DNA of 44,552 nt from an uncultured Bifidobacterium sp. (GCA_964555105.1 CAZKRC010000003.1:1-44552); one strand, 5' to 3'. Shown: positions 28,121-35,067, numbered from the stretch's first letter. Made by a program: numbers and translations. Notes: generated by a model from the letters alone, not told the origin.

Positions 28121-28672
28121 ATGAGGATAAAAAAATCCAAATCAATGTTTGCCCTAATCGGATGCGTCCTCCTCCTTATCCTGAACGGCAAAGTGGATGG
28201 ACGGGAGGCAGCTCAAGCGTCTCGATCTAATGAAATCGCGGCGACAGCCAGCGACCTTTTCAGCGTACTTGATCGCCAAGCCCAAAGCTTCCGGCCTGCC
28301 ACCCGTAAAGAATGGCTCGCTACCCTTCAATATTATGGGTTCAGCAAACGCAATGGACTGGACAGCTCAGCTTCATGGGATAAGGTTGATTCTACAGGTA
28401 CTCTTCGAGCCACCGCATTCTATAAACAAGACGAAACGAGCATTTGGCTTTTCTTTTTTCCATCAGCCCAGGTGCCGATGGCCGCCCCCGTCTTAGAAGC
28501 GTTGCTACGCAACGCTGAGTCAACGACAATAGAGGACGCCGGAACCGTCGAAGTACGTTTTAAACCAAAGCATTTCAATTTTGGAGGCAAGCAAGGCACT
28601 CGAGTCGAGACTGCTCGACTCCGCGAATCTAATGTGATAATTCGTAGGGCCATCATTGAATGGCGAGATTGA
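28121..28672 (+). CDS. cassette 2: hypothetical lipoprotein or secreted protein
   Basis: MRIKKSKSMFALIGCVLL contains an LIGC lipobox-like motif. GGAG lies 7 nt upstream of the ATG. Confidence 0.6.
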   Translation: MRIKKSKSMFALIGCVLLLILNGKVDGREAAQASRSNEIAATASDLFSVLDRQAQSFRPATRKEWLATLQYYGFSKRNGLDSSASWDKVDSTGTLRATAFYKQDETSIWLFFFPSAQVPMAAPVLEALLRNAESTTIEDAGTVEVRFKPKHFNFGGKQGTRVETARLRESNVIIRRAIIEWRD

Positions 28673-28717
28673 AATGTTGACGTCACTGATTGGCAATGAT
28701 GATTCATATAAATCACC

Positions 28718-28781
28718 AGCTAACAACCGGCTCCAGCGGGCGTTCCGCTTCGCGGCCCGCCGCTAAGCCGGACCGTTAGGC
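28718..28781 (+). other. attC site 2 (64-bp family)
   Basis: R'' AGCTAAC is the exact complement of GTTAGCT at the cassette start. R' is GTTAGGC. About 85% identical to attC1. Confidence 0.85.
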
Positions 28782-28794
28782 AAGCAGAGATCCT

Positions 28795-29523
28795 ATGAAT
28801 CCATCAGCAATTTTTGAAGCCTTTGATCTAGACAAGAAGACGGAGCTAGATAAGGTCTTTTATCTTGCAATTGCTTCACAGCTAGATAATCCAAGTAGCG
28901 AGTTCCATATAACTGACGTGTATCAGTGGTTTGATGAAATTGGACTTTCAAGACCAAACCAAAGCCGTCTGGTAAGCAGGATCAAGAAGGACAAACGATT
29001 TATAAAAGGGGCCAGTGCAAATGGATTCAAAGTTTCGGCAACAGCAATAAAAGCGTCAAAGCAACTTTTCAAGGACTTTCAGATTGTCGAGGAGCCGAAG
29101 GTAAAAGATCAATCTATTCTTCCCATAGCCGTCTACTCGGGTACAAGGAAGTACATCGAAACGATATGTAACCAAATCAATGTAGCCTTTGAGCATGCGG
29201 TTTTTGATGGATGCTCGGTGATGATGAGGCGCTTAATAGAGGTTTTGCTGATTTCTTGTTACGTCAACGAGGGTTCTGAAGCTGAGATAACTGACTCCGA
29301 TGGCAATAGATTTCCGTTATCAAAAATCATCAATTACACACTTTCAAATAGTAAATTTGGACTGGGCAAGACATGCAAAGATTTTCTGCATTCGTTTAGA
29401 ACGCTCGGGAATTTGTCAGCCCACGAAATCTATTACACATGCAAGAGAGCCGAACTCACTGCTGTAGCAACTGAGTTCCGAGTGTCCGTAGAAGAATTGC
29501 TTTTTAAATCAGGACTAAAATAA
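28795..29523 (+). CDS. cassette 3 ORF A: wHTH-like N-terminus plus DUF4145/HEPN-like C-terminal domain
   Basis: The C-terminal half IETICNQINVAFEHAVFDGCSVMMRRLIEVLL ... FRTLGNLSAHE fits the DUF4145 pattern (R..GN...H), recalled from memory. Confidence 0.6.
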   Translation: MNPSAIFEAFDLDKKTELDKVFYLAIASQLDNPSSEFHITDVYQWFDEIGLSRPNQSRLVSRIKKDKRFIKGASANGFKVSATAIKASKQLFKDFQIVEEPKVKDQSILPIAVYSGTRKYIETICNQINVAFEHAVFDGCSVMMRRLIEVLLISCYVNEGSEAEITDSDGNRFPLSKIINYTLSNSKFGLGKTCKDFLHSFRTLGNLSAHEIYYTCKRAELTAVATEFRVSVEELLFKSGLK

Positions 29524-29533
29524 GGAGAAGGAA

Positions 29534-30061
29534 GTGACTCAATCAGTATTTAAGATAAACCTCTCTACTGGCGATGTAGAAATTTCAGGCTCCGAGGAAT
29601 TTGTATCCGCATGTATAGACAGGCTGCCACTTGTAATGAGAGAGCTTGGGCAAGACACGTTGATGGCAAAGGCCCCAGGAAAAAACCCAACAGCAGGCAA
29701 TCAGAATGGTGGCCAAGACGCAGGGAATTCTCAAGGGGCTACAAACAGTTTGGGCGTACCCGACTCATTTGGTGAATGGAAACAGAAGTTCAAAGACGGG
29801 CTTACTCAGGATCAGAAAGTTCTCATGTCAGGATACTATTGCCAAGCACAAAACCCTGAGAACATTTTCAAAACTAAAGAAGCAAATGATATTTTGAAGA
29901 ACCACGGAATCAAGGTTGCGAACGCCGCCAATAATCTAAAGTCGCTCGAAGAGAATAAATACGTGTTTATTGCTAAGAAGTCCGGAAAGTTGAAATTATA
30001 TCGAGTGACAGAGCAGGGACTTCAGCATCTAAACGCACAGATGATGCAACAGAGTGCCTAA
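29534..30061 (+). CDS. cassette 3 ORF B: hypothetical 175-aa protein with a G/N/Q-rich linker and wHTH-like C-terminus
   Basis: Starts 10 nt after ORF A (GTG start, GGAGAAGGAAG upstream). Its stop lies inside the attC3 R'' box. Confidence 0.55.
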   Translation: MTQSVFKINLSTGDVEISGSEEFVSACIDRLPLVMRELGQDTLMAKAPGKNPTAGNQNGGQDAGNSQGATNSLGVPDSFGEWKQKFKDGLTQDQKVLMSGYYCQAQNPENIFKTKEANDILKNHGIKVANAANNLKSLEENKYVFIAKKSGKLKLYRVTEQGLQHLNAQMMQQSA

Positions 30062-30160
30062 CAAATTCTTGCAGACGGACCAAACCATGCTGTCATGTCT
30101 TTTGCAAAGAACGCAAAAGCCACGCCAGCACGCTTTGGCCGCTGAAGAAAGGCGTTCGGC
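30056..30160 (+). other. attC site 3 (105 bp, heterologous type)
   Basis: R'' GCCTAAC is the exact complement of GTTAGGC at the cassette start. R' is GTTCGGC. TTCTTgCAGaCGGaCCAAA pairs with TTTGGCCGCTGAAGAA, leaving single extrahelical bases. Confidence 0.75.
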
Positions 30161-30166
30161 TATATT

Positions 30167-30637
30167 ATGACCGCAGAAGAACTCGCCGCCCATTTCAAGA
30201 AGCTGCATTTGGATCGCTACGAGATCCAAGAGAGAGGCCGACGCACCAATGTGCCTCGGCAGATCCTAAGCGCTGATGAGCGCAATGCTATTCTACGGAA
30301 AACAGATTCACGGTGCCATATTTGCGGAGGATTCATCGATGGCAAGCCATGGCACGCGGATCATGTCCTTTCTCACAGCAGCGGAGGAGCTCATCATATC
30401 GACAACTACCTGCCTGCACACTCGCTTTGTAACAACTACCGTTGGGACTACACTCCAGAGGAGTTTCAATACATCCTCAAACTCGGCGTTTGGCTCCGCA
30501 CCCAGATCGAAAGGCGCACATCAGTCGGAAAGATTGCGGCACTGGCGTTTATCGCATACGAGTCAGCTCGTGTGAGGCGGCGGAAGCGTTCCCCAATAAT
30601 AGAAGAAGCCGAACAAGACGCTGCAGCCAACCCCTAG
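30167..30637 (+). CDS. cassette 4: small HNH endonuclease
   Basis: CHICGGFIDGKPWHADHVLSHSSGGAHHIDNYLPAHSLCN is an HNH/His-Me finger. The 3' end of the ORF lies inside attC4. Confidence 0.75.
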   Translation: MTAEELAAHFKKLHLDRYEIQERGRRTNVPRQILSADERNAILRKTDSRCHICGGFIDGKPWHADHVLSHSSGGAHHIDNYLPAHSLCNNYRWDYTPEEFQYILKLGVWLRTQIERRTSVGKIAALAFIAYESARVRRRKRSPIIEEAEQDAAANP

Positions 30638-30731
30638 CAGCGACTCGCGGTTTTGTTCGGACTTCCGATTCACAAAAACCTTTCCACAAGAGTTCGGCGT
30701 CCGTTCGGGGTGGCTGAGCTTGGCGTTAGTA
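30608..30731 (+). other. attC site 4 (124 bp, heterologous type)
   Basis: R'' GCCGAAC is the exact complement of GTTCGGC at the cassette start. R' is GTTAGTA. AAGacgCTgCAGCCAaCCCC pairs with GGGGTGGCTGAGCTT, leaving bulged bases. Confidence 0.7.
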
Positions 30732-30750
30732 ACCTGGGAGTGGAGCAATA

Positions 30751-31470
30751 ATGAAACGGGTAAGCCTTCTGTCAGTTACGCTTATGGCGATGCTTGTCGG
30801 CTGCGCAACCAATATCAAAATGTCGGTTGTCGAGAATGAAAACGTCACTAAGATTTATAATTCGGGGTACGAGGTCGGTCTTTCCAAAAAGACGGCCTTG
30901 GTTGGCGTATCCGGAGAAAAGACGTCCGATGGATACTTGAGGGTTTGGGTCTACTGCCGGAATGATGGCGCTGAGCCGCTCAATCTCATTCCCGAGAATG
31001 TGTCTGTTCAAGGATATGGCTATGGAGGTCAGCGAGCGCTATTTGTATACCCCCCGGATAGATTTCTCAGAAAGCTTCGAAATTCGCAGGCCTGGGCGTT
31101 AGCTCTTCAACGACTGTCCTCGGGCATCGACGCGTACAACGCAGGAAACAAATCTTCAACTACGTACAGCAGCTCATACAACTCGAATTATGGGTCAACC
31201 TACGGAACATCAACAACTTATAGCTATGATAACGCCGCCGCATACCAGGCTAGGGCAAAAAATCAAGAGCTACTTAACCATCAAGAAGCACAATACAATT
31301 CGATATACAATGCTGTTGAAAATGGAATCCTTAAAAGTGTAACTCTTTTCCCTGGTCAGTTTATTTCTGGAAATGTCATGGTAAAATATTCTATGAATTA
31401 TTCGGATAGCCTGCTGATTTTGGTGCCAGTTGGAAACGATGTTCACAAAATCAAACTCGTGAGAAAATAA
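30751..31470 (+). CDS. cassette 5: hypothetical lipoprotein with an S/T/Y/N-rich low-complexity segment
   Basis: MKRVSLLSVTLMAMLVGCATN contains an LVGC lipobox. GGAG lies upstream of the ATG. Confidence 0.65.
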   Translation: MKRVSLLSVTLMAMLVGCATNIKMSVVENENVTKIYNSGYEVGLSKKTALVGVSGEKTSDGYLRVWVYCRNDGAEPLNLIPENVSVQGYGYGGQRALFVYPPDRFLRKLRNSQAWALALQRLSSGIDAYNAGNKSSTTYSSSYNSNYGSTYGTSTTYSYDNAAAYQARAKNQELLNHQEAQYNSIYNAVENGILKSVTLFPGQFISGNVMVKYSMNYSDSLLILVPVGNDVHKIKLVRK

Positions 31471-31474
31471 TGGT

Positions 31475-31537
31475 TGTGAACAACCGGCTCCAGCCGACGG
31501 CCCGCCTCGCGGCCCGCAGCTGATCCGAACGTTCTCC
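31475..31537 (+). other. attC site 5 (64-bp family), last in the array
   Basis: AACAACCGGCTCCAGC...GCGGCCCGCAGCTGATCCGAACGTT aligns with attC1 and attC2. R'' TGTGAAC is only 4/7 complementary to the cassette start GTTAGTA. R' GTTCTCC is off-consensus. Confidence 0.65.
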
Positions 31538-31630
31538 TGATCAAACTTACCGAAACGCTGGCGGCACAGCAGAAGGACTTTTTGCAGGAAGCCTGAAGTG
31601 CCCTGCTTCGCCTGCACCGCGACGGATATG

Positions 31631-31668
31631 AAGGCCTCCTGGTTGTCCGGGTGGCCTTTTTTGTGTGT
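31631..31668 (+). terminator. hairpin plus T-run after a short in-frame coding remnant
   Basis: AAGGCC-16 nt-GGCCTT followed by TTTTGTGTG, downstream of a stop at 31594-31596. Confidence 0.4.
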
Positions 31669-31743
31669 TCCATCATGGCTTTGGCACTGCTCCGTACTTT
31701 CCACTTGTGGAAAACCCGGGACGTTGTATACTAAACAGTATCT

Positions 31744-31983
31744 GAACCTTCATCGAAAGGCCCCACAATGGCCGGTGAAATTTTTGGACTCTCGGTTCTC
31801 GCTCTGCTCGTTATCCTCATCATTTACTGGCTCCCGGTTATTTGGGTCCTGGTCTCCCCTCGTACGGAAGGCGTGACCAAGTTCGCCTGGTTCATCATTG
31901 CCTTGGTCTTTTCTTGGGTAGGCCTCATCGCGTTCTTGCTGCTTGCACCTACGGGAGGAAATCGGGCCTCAGGGCCGTATTGA
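31744..31983 (+). repeat. direct repeat copy 2 (small membrane-protein gene plus leader)
   Basis: Aligns with 25231-25470. Confidence 0.85.
31768..31983 (+). CDS. 71-aa two-TM membrane protein, paralogue 2
   Basis: MAGEIFGLSVLALLVILIIYWLPVIWVLVSPRTEGVTKFAWFIIALVFSWVGLIAFLLL. 55 of 71 residues are identical to the 25255 copy by my count. Confidence 0.65.
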   Translation: MAGEIFGLSVLALLVILIIYWLPVIWVLVSPRTEGVTKFAWFIIALVFSWVGLIAFLLLAPTGGNRASGPY

Positions 31984-32008
31984 TGAGGTGAAGGGCACGT
32001 GAATTATG

Positions 32009-32040
32009 AAGGCTCCTCCGCAAACGGGGAGCCTTTCGTT
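32009..32040 (+). terminator. rho-independent terminator after paralogue 2
   Basis: AAGGCTCC-11 nt-GGAGCCTT followed by TCGTT. Confidence 0.55.
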
Positions 32041-32114
32041 ATGAGTGACCTTACCGGGGCTTTTGCGGAGGATATGGGGGATATTCTACGCAAAACGGCT
32101 CCCTTTAGGCATTT

Positions 32115-32188
32115 TGAGCCGATAGACTGCAATATTCGGCTCAGTTATTCTCCTTTTATGAGCCGAATAAGGATTATATTCGGCTCAT
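32115..32188 (+). promoter_or_regulatory. two related palindromes (TGAGCCGAATA / TATTCGGCTCA) upstream of and overlapping the fic start
   Basis: IR1 at 32115-32143 is TGAGCCGATA-N8-TATTCGGCTCA. IR2 at 32158-32188 is ATGAGCCGAATA-aggatta-TATTCGGCTCAT, a perfect 12-bp arm. The right arm of IR2 contains the first two bases of the fic ATG and its loop contains AAGGA. Confidence 0.6.
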
Positions 32189-33293
32189 GGTCCGCTACAA
32201 CTGGCAGCTCGATAATTGGCCAGACTTCACCTTCGACATCGCGAAGGTGGAAGACGCGCTATTTGCCTTTGCAGAAAATGCCGGACGCACCACGGGCGCT
32301 TGGCAGGCCTTGCCAGAGGCCGCTCGTTGGGAATCGTTGATCGACATGCTAACGGCCGAGGCCTTGAAGACCTCGAAGATCGAGGGGGAGCACCTCGACC
32401 GCGAGGACGTTCGTTCTTCGCTCCGGAAGAACCTCGGCTTACATGACGACAGCCGCCGGGTCAAGGACAAGCGGGCGGCCGGCATTGCCGCGATGATGAT
32501 CAACGCCCGCAGCACGTGGAATGAACCTTTGACACGAGAGACGCTATTCGCGTGGCACGAGATGCTTCTCGCAGAGAATCATGGCATGCGTGTCGGATCC
32601 TGGAGAACCCACGAGGAGCCGATGCAAGTGGTCTCGGGAGCGATCGGCCGGGAGAAGGTCCATTACGAGGCGCCCCCTTCTTCCCGCGTGCCGGTCGAGA
32701 TGGAGCGCTTCATCGATTGGTTCAACGAGGCACCAAACACTGGCAAGGCGATGCGTCTTGCGCCCATCCGCTGCGCCGTCGCGCACCTTTACTTCGAGTC
32801 CATTCACCCATTCGAGGATGGCAACGGTCGTATCGGTCGTGCCGTGGCGGAGAAAGCCCTCTCGCAAGGGATGGGACGCCCTGTACTCTTGAGTCTTTCG
32901 GAAACCATTGAGGCGGACCGGAAGGCCTATTACGAGGCTTTGAAGCAGGCCCAGCGATCCCACGACGTGACGGAGTGGATGCGCTATTTCACCGATGTCG
33001 TTTTACGCGCCCAGGTTCGTGCCGAAGCGATGATCGATTTTACGGTGCGCAAGGCTCATTTCTTCGATCGCTTTCGCGATACCCTGAGCGAGCGCCAACG
33101 CGTCGCGATCGGGAAGATGCTGGTGCACGGTCCCGGAGGTTTGGGGGACGGCATCAGCGCGGCGAAGTACGCCACGATGACAAAGGTTTCGAAGGCTACG
33201 GCTACACGCGATCTGCAAGAACTGCTCTCGTCAGGAGTCATCGAGCGCTTGGAGGGCGGAGGCCGCAATACGCGGTATCGCGTGGCTCTTTAG
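32187..33293 (+). CDS. Fic/DOC family protein, class II (N-terminal DUF4172-like region with intramolecular inhibitory motif, C-terminal wHTH)
   Basis: Active-site HPFEDGNGRIGR. TSKIEG matches the inhibitory (S/T)xxxE(G/N) motif. N-terminal YNWQLDNWPDFTFD. Confidence 0.85.
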   Translation: MVRYNWQLDNWPDFTFDIAKVEDALFAFAENAGRTTGAWQALPEAARWESLIDMLTAEALKTSKIEGEHLDREDVRSSLRKNLGLHDDSRRVKDKRAAGIAAMMINARSTWNEPLTRETLFAWHEMLLAENHGMRVGSWRTHEEPMQVVSGAIGREKVHYEAPPSSRVPVEMERFIDWFNEAPNTGKAMRLAPIRCAVAHLYFESIHPFEDGNGRIGRAVAEKALSQGMGRPVLLSLSETIEADRKAYYEALKQAQRSHDVTEWMRYFTDVVLRAQVRAEAMIDFTVRKAHFFDRFRDTLSERQRVAIGKMLVHGPGGLGDGISAAKYATMTKVSKATATRDLQELLSSGVIERLEGGGRNTRYRVAL

Positions 33294-33399
33294 AGCCGCA
33301 AAATCCTCAAGTGGTTCGACTGGATGTATCGTTGCTGGTGAAATTCGATGTCATGAAGTGAAGTTGATTTTCACGCGTGGCAGTAAATTTCACACGAAA

Positions 33400-35067
33400 A
33401 TGCATCGTATTTCCAGAGAGCCCCCTACCAAGCAGTGGCACGACATTCGCCAAGCAGTCCTGACCCGGGATAACCACACCTGTATTTCGTGCGGCACCGT
33501 TCCGGAAACAGGCGAAACCGACATCCATCACCTTGTTCCCCGGTCAGCCGGCGGACTGGACGACCCCAGCAACCTGATCACCCTCTGCGACGGTTGTCAT
33601 GCAGCACGGCATCCGAACTTGCAGACCTCACTCTCCCGCCGCATGCTCGAACGCTGGGGACTCCGACTGGCGCACTGGCTTGATCGTCAGAATGAACTAC
33701 GAAATATCGACGAGACCCTGGGCGATGCATTGCGGATGCTGGGGGTCCAACGATTCAGGCACCCACAACTTGAAGTTGTTCTGGCCGCTCTTCGCGGCGA
33801 ATCCTTGCTGCTCGTAAGTGCAACCGGATCGGGAAAGTCCCTGTGCTTCCAGCTCCCCGTTCTGCTCAACCACAAGGTCGGGGTGGTCATATCGCCTCTT
33901 AAGGCCCTGATGAGCCAACAAGTGACCGGTCTTCAAGAGAAACAGATCCCCGGTACGTTCATTAACGGAGACCTCAGTCCCGCCGAAAAAAAACTTCGGT
34001 ACAAGCTCCTCCACAACGGCGTGTACAAGTTCCTTTACTGCACTCCTGAAAGATTCGACCCGAATATGGTCAGACCTGCCGAAGTGGAAGAGATCAGCCG
34101 TCTACGTCCCAGCTACCTCATCATCGACGAAGCGCATTGCATTGACCGCTGGGGTAAAGACTTCCGCCCCAATTATGGGAGACTCGGGAATGTCAGGAAT
34201 GCACTTGGAAAACCTCCGGTTCTGGCTTTCACAGCAACAGCCGGCGTCGATAGCCAAAAGAGAATCTTGCAATCGATCGGAGTCCCGCACGCGCGTGTGA
34301 TCGTCACAGGGGTCAATCGCCCCAACATTGCGATGGCTCGGCTTCCAGACCTGGATGAGCTGAGGCGATACCGTCTTGTCATCGACCTTATACGAGCCAT
34401 GCCTTCAGGTCGAGCAATGATCTTCGTCCCTACCGTTCGGATAGGCCATCGACTGCAAACCGGGCTACATGATCTAGGGCTCGAAATACCATTTTACCAC
34501 TCTCAACTTGGTACGGCTAACGAACGGGACCTGCTACTCGGAAGATTTGTTGGTCGTCTTTCACCGTCGTTGAATCTCATAATCTGCACAAATGCTTTCG
34601 GAATGGGTCTTGATGTTCCAGACGTCAGGCTTGTGATTCATTGGCAGCACCCCGCATCTGTGGAAGATTACCTGCAAGAGTTTGGGCGGGCTGGTCGTGA
34701 TGGCAACCGCTCCATCGCAATTCTCTTTACGGACCGCAAGGACGAAGGATTATTGCGATACATGGCGGAAAAATCCGCCTCGGGTATAGATGGCCCGACT
34801 GATTCACACAACGAAGCATTGCAGGCACGCTACGCGTCGATCTCCCAAATAAAAAAGGTGGCGCTGGCAAGAAGACATTGCTTTCGCAAATTGCTCGTTC
34901 ATTATTTCGGAGGAAATGTCTCAAAGAACCACAAATCCCTCTCTATGAGAATTGTTTCCTGGATTTTCGAAAAAAGGATTCAGACCCAAAAAGTGAAACG
35001 CTGCTGTGACCATTGTGACAACGTCGATCAGGAAAATATTGTCGCGTGGGCGCGCAGCATACTTTAG
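33400..35067 (+). CDS. HNH endonuclease fused to a RecQ-family DEAH helicase core (Zn-binding module present; no recognisable WH or HRDC)
   Basis: HNH: CISCG...DIHHLVPRSAGGLDDPSNLITLCDGCHAARH. Helicase: SATGSGKSLCFQLP, IIDEAHCI, FTATA, CTNAFGMGLD, QEFGRAGRDG. Zn motif: CFRKLLVHYFG...CCDHCD. Start at ATG 33400, with GTG 33358 as the alternative. Confidence 0.85.
   Translation: MHRISREPPTKQWHDIRQAVLTRDNHTCISCGTVPETGETDIHHLVPRSAGGLDDPSNLITLCDGCHAARHPNLQTSLSRRMLERWGLRLAHWLDRQNELRNIDETLGDALRMLGVQRFRHPQLEVVLAALRGESLLLVSATGSGKSLCFQLPVLLNHKVGVVISPLKALMSQQVTGLQEKQIPGTFINGDLSPAEKKLRYKLLHNGVYKFLYCTPERFDPNMVRPAEVEEISRLRPSYLIIDEAHCIDRWGKDFRPNYGRLGNVRNALGKPPVLAFTATAGVDSQKRILQSIGVPHARVIVTGVNRPNIAMARLPDLDELRRYRLVIDLIRAMPSGRAMIFVPTVRIGHRLQTGLHDLGLEIPFYHSQLGTANERDLLLGRFVGRLSPSLNLIICTNAFGMGLDVPDVRLVIHWQHPASVEDYLQEFGRAGRDGNRSIAILFTDRKDEGLLRYMAEKSASGIDGPTDSHNEALQARYASISQIKKVALARRHCFRKLLVHYFGGNVSKNHKSLSMRIVSWIFEKRIQTQKVKRCCDHCDNVDQENIVAWARSIL

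Larger units (their letters stand above)
25513..31537. mobile_element. complete integron: intI, attI, Pc candidate and five cassettes
   Basis: Divergent intI and array. Five attC sites. ORFs start 12-25 nt after each crossover point. Four of five cassettes pass the R''/R' complementarity chain at 7/7. Confidence 0.85.

Noticed and set aside
31441-31481. GTTCACA...TGTGAAC 7-nt inverted repeat at the end of the cassette-5 ORF as an alternative attC core
   Set aside because: GTTCACA lies upstream of R'' and inside the ORF, which is the wrong geometry for an R' box. Probably coincidental.
30155-31537. HNH nuclease and lipoprotein as one two-gene cassette
   Set aside because: My initial grouping. 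It was rejected after I found a bona fide attC between them (R'' GCCGAAC at 30608, R' GTTAGTA at 30725) that exactly complements the cassette-4 start. They are separate cassettes.
31999-32340. 113-aa ORF overlapping the terminator, the palindromes and the fic start
   Set aside because: It runs through a terminator hairpin and both palindromes, and overlaps fic out of frame. No coding signature.
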